Of a stretch of DNA of 56,406 nt, positions 28,678 to 38,258 are shown piece after piece. The notes below the pieces were generated by a model. The model saw only the letters and a list, made by a program, of their open reading frames with translations. It did not search any database and was not told the origin of the DNA. Position 1 is the first letter of the stretch. Each line of letters begins with the position of its first letter. The DNA is from Patescibacteria group bacterium (GTDB taxonomy: Bacteria > Patescibacteriota > Microgenomatia > Levybacterales > UBA12049), in assembly GCA_035651435.1 (NCBI GenBank), contig DASRFS010000054.1:1-56406 (forward strand), in the 5' to 3' direction. The position numbers and the translations under genes were made by a program.

Positions 28678-28962
28678 ATGGTCCTCACAGAAACGAGATC
28701 TCATGGAGAACACATCGGAAGCCGGAAGTTAGATTCACAAGTTAAGATTAAGGCCTTTAGAGGTGAGCCCGTACCGGTTGTTTTAAGAGATGTTCCAGAT
28801 AGTTACTATCCGGTTCGTTTTGACGCTGTAAGTAAACTAAATGGAAAATTGTTAAAAAGCAAAGAGGATCTGTATAATTCATACGAAGCATTCGATGACG
28901 CAAAAATCGTGGAAGACGGTCTAGCTTGGGGAAAGGAAACTTTTGGTCAAAAAAGCGCATAA
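28678..28962 (+). CDS. Hypothetical protein (94 aa)
   Basis: ORF with its own strong promoter; no recognised motif. Confidence 0.5.
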   Translation: MVLTETRSHGEHIGSRKLDSQVKIKAFRGEPVPVVLRDVPDSYYPVRFDAVSKLNGKLLKSKEDLYNSYEAFDDAKIVEDGLAWGKETFGQKSA

Positions 28963-29005
28963 GGCTTCTCGATAGCTCTTCAAATTTCTGTTAGAATAAT
29001 AATTC

Positions 29006-30703
29006 ATGCTTTCGCAGATTTCTAATTCACAAAAAGTTCTGGTAATGGTCGGAGTAATGCTCGGACTTCTTTTGGCTGCTTTGGACCAGACAATTGTTGC
29101 GACTGCAATGCCAAAAATTGTTCAGGAACTCAAAGGCCTTGAACACCTAAGCTGGGTTTTTACAGCTTACATGCTTACCTCTACCATAACGGTTCCAATT
29201 TACGGAAAACTTTCGGACATCTACGGAAGAAAATGGTTTTTCCTGGGAGCTATTGTAGTTTTCATGCTGGGTTCGGCTCTTTCCGGACTTTCTCAAAATA
29301 TGACCCAGCTTATTCTTTTCCGAGGATTTCAGGGAATAGGGGGAGGAGCACTTTTTGCAAATGCATTCACTATAATTGCAGATCTTTTTCCGCCTGCACA
29401 ACGAGGAAAATGGCAGGGGATTTTTGGAGGAGTTTTCGGTTTGGCCTCTGTTATAGGACCAACTCTTGGAGGGTATTTAACAGACCACGTTTCATGGAGA
29501 TGGAATTTTTATATAAATATTCCGATTGGGATTTTGGCTTTAATAGTAATTTACTTTTTAATGCCGCATATAAAACACCACATAGATCCAAAAGAGAGGT
29601 CAATTGACTACTCCGGTGCGGTAACTCTTGTCTTGGGGCTTGTCCCTTTTCTTCTAGCGCTCGTTTGGGGAGGTAATCAATACGCTTGGAAATCGATTCA
29701 GGAGATCTCTCTTTTTATTCTTTCGATCGTTTTCATTTCCGCCTTCATTTTTATCGAAGGAAAAGCAAAAGAGCCAATACTTCCTTTATCGCTTTTTAGA
29801 AATAACATTTTCTTAATTTCGGTAATAATAATATTTCTAACAGGTTTAGGAATGTTTGGAACAATTTTGTACATTCCTCTTTTTGCGCAAAATGTTATAG
29901 GTGTTTCGGCGACAAACTCTGGAGTCATCCTTACTCCAATGACTCTTGCCCTTATTGTCGGAAGCATTGCCTCAGGCCAATTGATATCAAGAACCGGCAG
30001 GTATAAATTTATGGCGATTATTGGATTAGGAATCGTAACAGCCGGTATCTATCTACTTTCTACAATGACTGCGCAAACTACCGAAACAGAATTAGTTTTA
30101 AGAATGATTACGGTTGGTCTAGGTCTTGGACTAACAATGCCAATATTTACCATTGCAGTCCAGAATTCATTCGAATATTCAAAACTCGGGGTTGTAACAT
30201 CATCGACACAGCTTTTTAGAAGTCTAGGAGGAACTGTTGGAGTAGCGGTAATGGGAAGCATTCTTAATAATGGTCTAGCAAATAAAATATCCGATTTAGC
30301 TTCGGACCCTTTTATACAAAACCTTTCCAGAATTAATCCTAACTTTAATGTTCACAATATTGATGCGAATAAATTACAAGGCTTAATGTCAGGGCCAGGA
30401 AAAGACCAAGTGCAAAAAATGATTTCCGCTTTGCCTCCTTTTATACAATCCCAAGCGTTACAGGGATTCACAGACTTCACGATAAAAATAAAAGGAGCGC
30501 TGGCCGATTCTATTGGACACGTCTTCTTTATTTCGACTTTTTTGCTTGTTCTGGCATTTGTTCTTGCTTTCTTCCTAAAAGAAATCCCTCTTCGAAAATC
30601 TCACTCCGACAGGCCTTTTGCAGAGGAAGTAGGAATTCAATACGGAGAAGAACAAGGGGAAATCCCCGAAAAAGAAGAGATCGAAATCTTTAATGCAAAG
30701 TGA
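29006..30703 (+). CDS. MFS transporter, DHA2 (EmrB/QacA-like, 14-TMS) drug:H+ antiporter family
   Basis: LDQTIVATAMPKI, GKLSDIYGRKW and FRGFQGIGGGA motifs; 565 aa with about 14 hydrophobic segments. Confidence 0.85.
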   Translation: MLSQISNSQKVLVMVGVMLGLLLAALDQTIVATAMPKIVQELKGLEHLSWVFTAYMLTSTITVPIYGKLSDIYGRKWFFLGAIVVFMLGSALSGLSQNMTQLILFRGFQGIGGGALFANAFTIIADLFPPAQRGKWQGIFGGVFGLASVIGPTLGGYLTDHVSWRWNFYINIPIGILALIVIYFLMPHIKHHIDPKERSIDYSGAVTLVLGLVPFLLALVWGGNQYAWKSIQEISLFILSIVFISAFIFIEGKAKEPILPLSLFRNNIFLISVIIIFLTGLGMFGTILYIPLFAQNVIGVSATNSGVILTPMTLALIVGSIASGQLISRTGRYKFMAIIGLGIVTAGIYLLSTMTAQTTETELVLRMITVGLGLGLTMPIFTIAVQNSFEYSKLGVVTSSTQLFRSLGGTVGVAVMGSILNNGLANKISDLASDPFIQNLSRINPNFNVHNIDANKLQGLMSGPGKDQVQKMISALPPFIQSQALQGFTDFTIKIKGALADSIGHVFFISTFLLVLAFVLAFFLKEIPLRKSHSDRPFAEEVGIQYGEEQGEIPEKEEIEIFNAK

Positions 30704-30889
30704 GTTGACAAAGTCTTTCTAATTTATTACATTCTTCTTGTCAATTTCTCCTGCCCATAGCAAAAACTTCAGATATGGCCGAAGAACCTTTAAGACAGAT
30801 GGGTTGTCTGCCGATTCTAGTAATGCTTTTAACTGCAGGATTGGGAGGAGCTTTGTGGATTGCAATCTTTCTTTTAATTATTCTTCCAA

Positions 30890-31309
30890 CTATCCCCGCG
30901 AGGTAGGAAGTTTTTTCGCTTTTTTCCAAGCATCATTTAGAGCGTCAATTGCCTCTCTTTGTATGTCTTCGTTGTCGTATGTTTGGATTGAAGTATTCAA
31001 AAGAACTTCCAACGTAGATTTCAATGTAGACTGTCTTTTTTTATACGCTTTCTCTGGATGTTTTATCATATAGTAATTTCCTACATAAGTTCTTGCCGTG
31101 TTTATTATAGGAACAATAATAGAATTGCCAATTTTGCGCCTAAGTGTCCCGGTTCTAGTTATATCCATAGCTCTATCGTCAGATTGAACTATGATTAGAT
31201 TCGTGGCGTGAGCTCTTTGCAGCTCATCTTTAATTCCTCCTATTGCTGAATCGAATGATTCCTCAAGGTTAAATGGTTTTTGCTCTCCTGTCTTTCTTTC
31301 CGGTGACAT
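30890..31309 (-). CDS. Hypothetical protein (139 aa)
   Basis: ORF only. Confidence 0.45.
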   Translation of the reverse strand: MSPERKTGEQKPFNLEESFDSAIGGIKDELQRAHATNLIIVQSDDRAMDITRTGTLRRKIGNSIIVPIINTARTYVGNYYMIKHPEKAYKKRQSTLKSTLEVLLNTSIQTYDNEDIQREAIDALNDAWKKAKKLPTSRG

Positions 31310-31460
31310 AGGTCGAGAGTATATTCAAATTAGCTTTTCGTGTCAAGAAAATTCTTGCAGTAATCTTTCAAGTTGTTGGATATATTATTAATACTAAGGA
31401 ATAGCTTGGTTATATGGAGGTAAGGCATCAATATGCCTAAGGGACAATTCCAACCTACCG

Positions 31461-31485
31461 AAAAAAACAGGTGGTGAGGACCACC
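31461..31485 (-). terminator. Rho-independent terminator of the GH57-like gene
   Basis: Minus strand reads GGTGGT-cctc-ACCACC followed by tg + TTTTTTT, 15 nt after the stop at 31500. Confidence 0.75.
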
Positions 31486-31499
31486 ATCTGCTGAGCTTA

Positions 31500-32828
31500 T
31501 TAAGCAGCCCTGGGGAGAGGCGACTCATTTATCTGAGGAAGAAGTCTTTGTATCTCTTGAGCCATTTTCTTTGGTATCTCATTGGTTGCCTCGTCTAAGG
31601 GGAAAAACCATCCGCAGCTTGTCATGCCAACAAGATGGCTAGCTTTTGCAAGAAAAAGGGGATCTTCATTTCCTTTTAGGACACCTTTCCCAAACATTGC
31701 CTCCCTAATTGCTAGAAAGAACGGGATAAAATTCTCATCCCAATTTGGATTTAGATCCCTAAGTTGGTCATCCACTCTCTGACCATAACCCGTAAGTAAA
31801 TTCAGAAGTCTCTTTTTTTCCAGTTTCCTGGTATCGGAAAGGTGTGGTTCACCTCCGCAATCACATTCTCCTGTCCATCTACCGAGTGCATGTTCGCAGC
31901 TCCAACTCGTTGCTTCCCTTATAGTGGTATATTGGCGATTTGGATCTTGAAGTTTCTCTTTGACGTTAAAAAGAGAAAATCCGTGAGCTCGCAAGGTACC
32001 TTGTCTTGTCAAATGATCTAGAAATTCGACCCTTCCCTTTTTGTGGTGACCATAAAACTCCGTATCTGTTGCAACGGAAATTGTTTTTCTGTCTGGGTCT
32101 GTTTGTTTTACTCGCTCTAAGAAGATATCGGCATTAGTCGTAAAGTCGTCTTTAAAGGAAACAGAGTCACTAGTTTGATGAGCGAAATGAACGATCGCAA
32201 TCTCTCCTAATTTTTGTCCCCCTTCTTCCTCAACCTGAACAAACATAGGATCATTATGTGAATTTTCTAATTGGTCTTCTCTCAGAATGACAAATTCATA
32301 CCCATTTTTTACCAGAGCCCTTAAGGTAGAGGAGCTCACCGCGGTTTCTGGTAGCCATATTCCCTTTGGCTTAAATCCAAAGTCATCTTCAAACGCTTTA
32401 ATCCCAATCTTTATAAGGAGATCTTGATCCGATTCGTTTAAAAGGGGCAGGATTGCGTGTACATAAGGGTCTCCTAAAATTCTATATTCTTTATCCGGCA
32501 GAGATTGAATGTTGTCCTTTATTTTTCTGAAACTTTCAGGATCGTGAGCTTTGAACCAATCTCGAAGAGTCGCATAAAATGAAAAAATTCCTCCCTCTGG
32601 TAATCCTTGCTCTGTTGTTCCGTCGGGAAGTTTCCTTTCCATAAATATTGGTTTGTGCGATTCTCTGGCAATTTGTTCGTTTACCCAGGGTAGAACTTCT
32701 AGACGGGAATTGCTAAGAGGAAGAAGTGTTTCCCGAGGAGGCTGATAAGTGTGGCCTACTATCAAGAGTTCCCTCCCCATGGGAGGTTCTTGTTCTCGAC
32801 TGACCCCTCTTTCGAGTTGCTCAATCAT
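31500..32828 (-). CDS. Glycoside hydrolase family 57-like protein
   Basis: GHTYQPPRE (HxHQP-like), WLPETAVS (nucleophile Glu context) and TDTEFYGHH (acid/base Asp context). The alternative start at Met17 would give 31500-32780. Confidence 0.6.
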   Translation of the reverse strand: MIEQLERGVSREQEPPMGRELLIVGHTYQPPRETLLPLSNSRLEVLPWVNEQIARESHKPIFMERKLPDGTTEQGLPEGGIFSFYATLRDWFKAHDPESFRKIKDNIQSLPDKEYRILGDPYVHAILPLLNESDQDLLIKIGIKAFEDDFGFKPKGIWLPETAVSSSTLRALVKNGYEFVILREDQLENSHNDPMFVQVEEEGGQKLGEIAIVHFAHQTSDSVSFKDDFTTNADIFLERVKQTDPDRKTISVATDTEFYGHHKKGRVEFLDHLTRQGTLRAHGFSLFNVKEKLQDPNRQYTTIREATSWSCEHALGRWTGECDCGGEPHLSDTRKLEKKRLLNLLTGYGQRVDDQLRDLNPNWDENFIPFFLAIREAMFGKGVLKGNEDPLFLAKASHLVGMTSCGWFFPLDEATNEIPKKMAQEIQRLLPQINESPLPRAA

Positions 32829-32969
32829 AGGCAGGGCTATATATAAAATACTAGTGGATTTGAAGCTAATGTCAAGTAAGAAGGGGCGTTTCTTTAAAAG
32901 CTGTTTCGCAAGGATACTAAAAATTTAATCGAAGAAGACACGGATTATGTTAGTCAGCTTGATGAGTAG

Positions 32970-33473
32970 CTAGTTTGTCTTTTCAACGTGTGCTCTAATT
33001 ATTCTGTTGAGAAGTTGAGTGGCTAAGCTCAGAGCCTCCTCAAAAATTTTGGCATCTTTTGTGCCTGCGGATACCACTATATTAAATACTCCGTGTTTGT
33101 CCTTGGTCCAGTCCCAAGACGTTGTGCCTGAAAAAGACACACTTTTTCCTTGGTAGAATTTTTTCAACTTGGTTAGGTATTCCAAGAGTATGTGTTCGAA
33201 AAGGTGGCCAATTTCGGTTGCTTTTACTTCCTCCGTGAAACTGAGATTTTTCTCGTTAAAGCATTTTGACCCCAGGACACTCGGAAGGACTGTTTTTAGC
33301 ATGGAATGAGTGTGGGGAAGACTCGTAGTATTCAAATGGTTTGTAAAAAGCTTCATTCTGATTCCGGTTTCATCTAGTTTTTGGCTAATCTCAAGAAGAA
33401 AAAGGTTCTCGTTGTAAAGCTTGCGCTTTGCGGTCTGGTGATCTAATATTTTTCTTGGAGTTTTTGTTTGCAT
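32970..33473 (-). CDS. Hypothetical protein (167 aa)
   Basis: ORF only; contains GHLFEHILLEY. Confidence 0.45.
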   Translation of the reverse strand: MQTKTPRKILDHQTAKRKLYNENLFLLEISQKLDETGIRMKLFTNHLNTTSLPHTHSMLKTVLPSVLGSKCFNEKNLSFTEEVKATEIGHLFEHILLEYLTKLKKFYQGKSVSFSGTTSWDWTKDKHGVFNIVVSAGTKDAKIFEEALSLATQLLNRIIRAHVEKTN

Positions 33474-33609
33474 GCTTTTACGAAGTTCTTACCTGTTTAT
33501 TACTTGGTCAGTATACAATTCAAAAAGCTTAGGCTTCAACGACCAAAATTTATACAGGCCTTAGATCGAAGGTCGCAAGCTTTGTTTATGAATGTGGTAT
33601 AAATGTATT

Positions 33610-34080
33610 ATGAATATATTTAAGTTTCTTCCGCTAAAAATAGCCTATGCCCACTGCGATATTCCGTGCGGAATTTACGATCCGTTTAGGGCACAGCAAG
33701 CAGCACATACAATTATTCGAATGACCGAGTTGCTCTCCAAAATTGAAAGAAAAGATGAGACAAAGGCAGAACACGATATCGCAAGAATGACGCATGTCAA
33801 AGAAAAACATGGAGAAATATTAGAAGACGAACTAGGTACGTTGCAAAACGACTATTTTAAGGAAGAGCACTACAAAGCCCATCCCAATTTAATGAAACTT
33901 TTGGAGGCAACAGTTAAAAATTCAATCAAGGCAAGACAAGGTATTGATATGGAGGCGGCGGAAGCGGCTCTTTCTGGAACTCAGGAAATCGCAGAAATTT
34001 TCTTCAAAACAAAGGGTGTTGAACCGGTTCGTGTAAAAACGGTTTATCCTACAGAACGAGAAATAGTTTTATACAAGTGA
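33610..34080 (+). CDS. sodN: Nickel-containing superoxide dismutase precursor
   Basis: 14-aa leader MNIFKFLPLKIAYA followed by the Ni-hook HCDIPCGIYDP. TG-n-TATAAA at 33595-33603 ends 6 nt before this ATG. Confidence 0.85.
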   Translation: MNIFKFLPLKIAYAHCDIPCGIYDPFRAQQAAHTIIRMTELLSKIERKDETKAEHDIARMTHVKEKHGEILEDELGTLQNDYFKEEHYKAHPNLMKLLEATVKNSIKARQGIDMEAAEAALSGTQEIAEIFFKTKGVEPVRVKTVYPTEREIVLYK

Positions 34081-34352
34081 TTCTCGGCAAATTTAAAATC
34101 CTCGGCCACAGCATGCAGCCAAAATTAAGAGAAGGTTCGGAAGTTTTGGTAAGTTCGCTTCCTTACGTTTTTTCAAAACCAAAGATTAAGGATATGGTTG
34201 CATTTAAATATTTGAATAAGGTTTTAATAAAGAGAGTCATTAAAACTAAGGGGAATCAATTTCTTGTCGAAGGTGACAATATCGCCGATAGTTTAAGAAT
34301 CGGTTGGATTGGTAAAAAGGATATAATAGGAAAAGTAATTCATACATTGTGA
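34077..34352 (+). CDS. sodX: S26-type signal-peptidase-like NiSOD maturation protease
   Basis: GHSMQPKL catalytic Ser motif and KRVI (Lys) motif. 91 aa; overlaps the sodN stop by 4 nt. Confidence 0.75.
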   Translation: MILGKFKILGHSMQPKLREGSEVLVSSLPYVFSKPKIKDMVAFKYLNKVLIKRVIKTKGNQFLVEGDNIADSLRIGWIGKKDIIGKVIHTL

Positions 34353-34870
34353 TTTTGAACTTGTCGTTACTCTTGATTGTCCTGTTTCTCCTTATTTTTC
34401 TTTCGATGATTTGGCCGCCTGATTCTCCCTGGGCGCCTTGGTGGAGAACATCGGATGAGAATATCATAAAAGCTCTAAAACTCGCTGGCGTTAAGAGTTC
34501 GGATGTAGTCTATGATTTGGGATCGGGCGACGGAAGAACACTTATAATTGCGGCAAAAAAATTTGGAGCAAGGGGAGTCGGTGTGGAAATTGATCCCTTA
34601 AGATTTTATTTTTCAAAACTTTTAGTAAAGTTTAATGGTTTATCCAAAAGAGTTGAATTAAGAAAAGAAAATTTTTTAAATTCAAACATTTCTGATGCTA
34701 CCGTAGTTTTCGTCTACTTAGTTCCAAACGCTTTAAAAAAACTAAAACCAAAATTTTTAAAAAACCTTGAGGGAGGAACGAGGATAGTAAGCATAAAATA
34801 CGAGATGGAGTTGCCGAAAACAAAAATTATTAGAGGAGATAGGAATATTTATTTATACCACATTTCGTAA
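34349..34870 (+). CDS. Class I SAM-dependent methyltransferase with an N-terminal TM segment
   Basis: Motif I VYDLGSGDGRTLIIAA and post-I GVGVEID. Confidence 0.75.
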   Translation: MILNLSLLLIVLFLLIFLSMIWPPDSPWAPWWRTSDENIIKALKLAGVKSSDVVYDLGSGDGRTLIIAAKKFGARGVGVEIDPLRFYFSKLLVKFNGLSKRVELRKENFLNSNISDATVVFVYLVPNALKKLKPKFLKNLEGGTRIVSIKYEMELPKTKIIRGDRNIYLYHIS

Positions 34871-35770
34871 TAATAGCCACCGGATTTTATCTGCGAGCTT
34901 GTAAAGTTCGTACCACAATGGTCTTATTACTAAGTCATAACTTCCGATAAATTCAATATGCTTTGGTCCATATCCTTGTTTGAATCTATGAAATCCAAAC
35001 CATGGGTCGTTTGAATCAGGATTTGGTCCCATTGCTCCCCACATATCAAATTTTTTAAGACCTTGTTTTTTACCCCATAGAATTACTTCCCACATCAAAA
35101 GATTGCTCGCCATTGTTTCTCTGTGTTCGCTTGAAGATGAACCATAAGGATAGTAAAGGATTCCATCAAATGCAAAAACAATCCAAGCAGCTAATATTTT
35201 TCCTTTATGTCTTGCTAAGAAAAGATGAGCGATTTTTCCTTTTAAGGTTTCCCACATAAGCCTGTGATAATTTTCGGTGTGGGCATAGAATTTTTGCCGT
35301 TTAGTCGTCTCTTTTGTTAATTTAAGGTATTCTTCGAAAGCTCTATCGGAGTCATCCTCAACTATCTCTACGTTATGTTTCTTTGCAATTTTAATATTGT
35401 ATCTTGTTTTAGGATGCATACCTTTTAGAAGTTCATCTTCACTTTTTGTTAGATCGAGGATAAATGTGTACTTCGTAAATAAGGGATGTGCCGCTTTTTT
35501 TAATCCAAAGTTCAAAAGCTGCTGTTCGTCTCGTTCATTTTGAACGACATTGGGTTCAAGCTGAATAAAAATACAATTTTCTCTTTTGCCGATTTCCCTT
35601 AGTTCGCTAAGTATTTTTTCATCGGGCATTTCGCCTTTTGGAAAATATCCAATACTCAAATTTAATCGAGGAATTTTATGGATTGTGAGTCGAAAATTCT
35701 TTGTCTCAATAACTTTAGTTCCGGTTTTTTTTCTGAACGCTGCCCATTCTGGTGATTGTAAAGGATGCAT
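34853..35770 (-). CDS. FemAB-family peptidoglycan cross-bridge aminoacyltransferase
   Basis: MHPLQSPEWAAFRK start, AHLFLARHKGKILAAWIVF..YYPYGSSS and GFHRFKQGYG segments typical of FemX/FemAB proteins. Confidence 0.7.
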   Translation of the reverse strand: MHPLQSPEWAAFRKKTGTKVIETKNFRLTIHKIPRLNLSIGYFPKGEMPDEKILSELREIGKRENCIFIQLEPNVVQNERDEQQLLNFGLKKAAHPLFTKYTFILDLTKSEDELLKGMHPKTRYNIKIAKKHNVEIVEDDSDRAFEEYLKLTKETTKRQKFYAHTENYHRLMWETLKGKIAHLFLARHKGKILAAWIVFAFDGILYYPYGSSSSEHRETMASNLLMWEVILWGKKQGLKKFDMWGAMGPNPDSNDPWFGFHRFKQGYGPKHIEFIGSYDLVIRPLWYELYKLADKIRWLLLRNVV

Positions 35771-35771
35771 T

Positions 35772-37592
35772 TTAAAGAAAATCTAAATATTCCTTTGTTT
35801 CCAAAAGATTTTCCGAAAGAACGTCTTTGGGTAGTTCCAAAATAAACCTTGAAACAACATTGCTCGTTTGTTGTCCGAAGAAAAGTCTTCGCCTTGCAAA
35901 ACTTAAGTAAAGTTTTTTTTCGGCTCTAGTTATCCCAACATAGCAAAGTCTTCTTTCTTCCTCAAGTTCGTTTCGATCCAGGAGAGATCTTGAATGTGGG
36001 AATAATCCTTCCTCCATCCCTATCATAAAAACTATGGGGAATTCCAATCCTTTAGCAGCATGGAAAGTCATAAGATTGACGGCATCCTTTTTTTCATCAC
36101 CCTTAGGTTTATCAGGCAGGTATTCTTGTTCGACTAAAGAAACATTTTCAAGAAACTGCGAAATATCCGGGAATTCGATTGCAACAGATCTTAACTCCTT
36201 TATATTTTCAAGCCTTCCTCTGTCTTCTTCGTCTTTTTCATCAAATAGTGAAAGGTATTCTACTTTTCGAAGAAGAGAATCCATTGTTTTTATCGTTTCC
36301 TTTTTTGAATCGAAGTCTTTTGCGAATTCTTCAAATTTTTCAAATCTAGCCTTTCCGAGTTTTTCTATTCTCTTCCTTGAAATTCCGTCTTTTGAATTAA
36401 CCAGAAATCTAAGATAAGCAAGAATATCTTTTATTTCCTTCCTTTCATAGAATCTAGTTCCGCCAATTAACATGTATGGAACCCCTTGGTGCAGGAAGAC
36501 CTCTTCAATTGCCCGGGACTGAGCGTTAGTTCGGTAAAGAACGGCAAAATCGGAGAATTTAAGATTTTTATTTTCATATTTTATATTCATGACCTCATTT
36601 ATTATAAATTCTGCCTCATTATGCTCGTTTCTTGCTTCGTATAGGATTATGTTCTCTCCTTTTTCTTTTTCCGTCCAAAGAGCTAAAACCGGATGTGAGG
36701 TATTTTTAGAAATTACGGAAGATGCAGCGTCGAGGATTTTCTGGGTCGATCTGTAATTTTGAGAAAGTTTAAAAGTCCTTACATTTTTAAAATCATCTTT
36801 GAATTTCCTAAGATTTAAAAAATCCGCTCCTCTAAAACTATAGATACTTTGAGAAAAGTCACCAACGACTGTGATGTTTTGATTAAGGCCGGCGAGCAGT
36901 TTAGTCAAAGCATATTGGGCGTGGTTTGTATCTTGATATTCATCGACCAAAATATATTTAAATTTATTTTGATATTTCATAAGAATGTCTTTTTGACTTC
37001 TCAAAAGCTCAACAGTCTTTAGAATTAAATCATCAAAATCTAAGGCGTTATTTTCCTTAAGAATTTTTTGATAAATTGGATAAACGGAAGCGGCGACCTC
37101 CTGAAAATTACCCCTTGCCATGGTTTTATATCTCTCCGGCTCAAGGAGTTCGTTTTTAGCCTGGGATATAGTTGCAAGGATTGATGATGGTTTATATTCT
37201 TTAGCAGAAATTCCTAAATTTTTGTACGCTTCTTTTATTGCCTCTATCTGGTCCTGGCTGTCATAAATAATAAAATTGGTAGGAATCCCAAGTAACTTCC
37301 CGTCGATCCTGAGAATTTTAGAACATAAAGAGTGGAAAGTTGAGATAGTAACATTCTCGCTGGTTTCCCTTCTGACTCTTTCTTTCATTTCCTGTGCAGC
37401 TTTATTGGTAAAGGTAACCATTAAAATATTATGAGGAGATACGCCCTTTTCTTTGATGAGATAAATCACTTTATAAGTTAAAACTCTCGTTTTACCACTG
37501 CCTGCACCCGCTAAAATAATCATTGGACCTTCCGTTGCAAGAACGGCTTCTTTTTGCTCCTCGTTTAAGTCCTTGAGAAGGGCCGTTTTCAT
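35772..37592 (-). CDS. pcrA: UvrD/PcrA-type ATP-dependent DNA helicase (compact, about 606 aa)
   Basis: Walker A AGAGSGKT, motif II DEYQDTN, motif VI VGITRAEKKL. Start set at MKTALLKDLNEEQ. Confidence 0.9.
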   Translation of the reverse strand: MKTALLKDLNEEQKEAVLATEGPMIILAGAGSGKTRVLTYKVIYLIKEKGVSPHNILMVTFTNKAAQEMKERVRRETSENVTISTFHSLCSKILRIDGKLLGIPTNFIIYDSQDQIEAIKEAYKNLGISAKEYKPSSILATISQAKNELLEPERYKTMARGNFQEVAASVYPIYQKILKENNALDFDDLILKTVELLRSQKDILMKYQNKFKYILVDEYQDTNHAQYALTKLLAGLNQNITVVGDFSQSIYSFRGADFLNLRKFKDDFKNVRTFKLSQNYRSTQKILDAASSVISKNTSHPVLALWTEKEKGENIILYEARNEHNEAEFIINEVMNIKYENKNLKFSDFAVLYRTNAQSRAIEEVFLHQGVPYMLIGGTRFYERKEIKDILAYLRFLVNSKDGISRKRIEKLGKARFEKFEEFAKDFDSKKETIKTMDSLLRKVEYLSLFDEKDEEDRGRLENIKELRSVAIEFPDISQFLENVSLVEQEYLPDKPKGDEKKDAVNLMTFHAAKGLEFPIVFMIGMEEGLFPHSRSLLDRNELEEERRLCYVGITRAEKKLYLSFARRRLFFGQQTSNVVSRFILELPKDVLSENLLETKEYLDFL

Positions 37593-37610
37593 ACTGTACA
37601 ATAATACCAC

Positions 37611-38258
37611 ATGAAGTCGCTTTTAATTGTCGCTAACTTTAAGTCAAATAAGACGCTTTCCGAGGCAAAAGATTGGATAAAAGAGATAAGCGAGAAAAAA
37701 TTTCCAGAAGAAAAACAAATAGTAGTTTGTCCCTCTTTCGTTCACCTTAATTTGTTCAAAAATTTTGTGGATGAGAATAAACTTGAGCTGAAGATTGGCG
37801 CGCAGGACATCTCCCGATTTCCCCAGGGAGAACATACCGGTGAGGTGAACGGATCTCAATTAAAAGAGTTAGTTGCGTATGTCTTAATTGGCCATTCTGA
37901 GAGAAGAGCCTTTGAAGACGAGAGCATAATTGAGGAAAAAGTAAGAATTGCGATAGATTACGGACTAATTCCAATCCTTTGTGTTCAAAGTGAGAATAAT
38001 AAATTGTATCCTGGAATTTCTATTGTTGCTTACGAACCGACATTTGCAATAGGAACAGGTACGCCAGATACTCCGGAGGATGCGGATAAAATTGCAAATG
38101 AAATAAAAACAAAAATGCCGGTCAAAGTTTTGTATGGGGGAAGCGTTACAGGAGAAAATGTTAAAAGCTTTACTGGAGCCCAAAATATAGATGGAGTCTT
38201 GGTTGGTGGAGCTTCACTTTCAGCCGATGAATTTTCGAAAATATTGGAGAACTCATAA
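37611..38258 (+). CDS. tpiA: Triosephosphate isomerase (short form)
   Basis: ANFKSNKT, GHSERR, AYEPTFAIGTG, LYGGSV. Confidence 0.9.
   Translation: MKSLLIVANFKSNKTLSEAKDWIKEISEKKFPEEKQIVVCPSFVHLNLFKNFVDENKLELKIGAQDISRFPQGEHTGEVNGSQLKELVAYVLIGHSERRAFEDESIIEEKVRIAIDYGLIPILCVQSENNKLYPGISIVAYEPTFAIGTGTPDTPEDADKIANEIKTKMPVKVLYGGSVTGENVKSFTGAQNIDGVLVGGASLSADEFSKILENS

Noticed and set aside
29233-29607. 124-aa alternative-frame ORF, plus the antisense ORFs 29147-29401, 29698-29967 and 30049-30261, inside the MFS gene
   Set aside because: Embedded in a clearly conserved 14-TMS transporter gene; no independent support.
30705-31073. TTGACA-17-TACATT promoter-like sequence facing an inverted TTGACAA, and the 111-aa + strand ORF 30738-31073
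   Set aside because: The site lies between two convergent gene ends. The ORF is largely antisense to 30890-31309 and has an implausible composition. It could drive an antisense RNA, but nothing in the sequence supports that specifically.
36034-36417. 127-aa ORF antisense to pcrA
   Set aside because: Ser/Phe-rich shadow ORF within the helicase gene.
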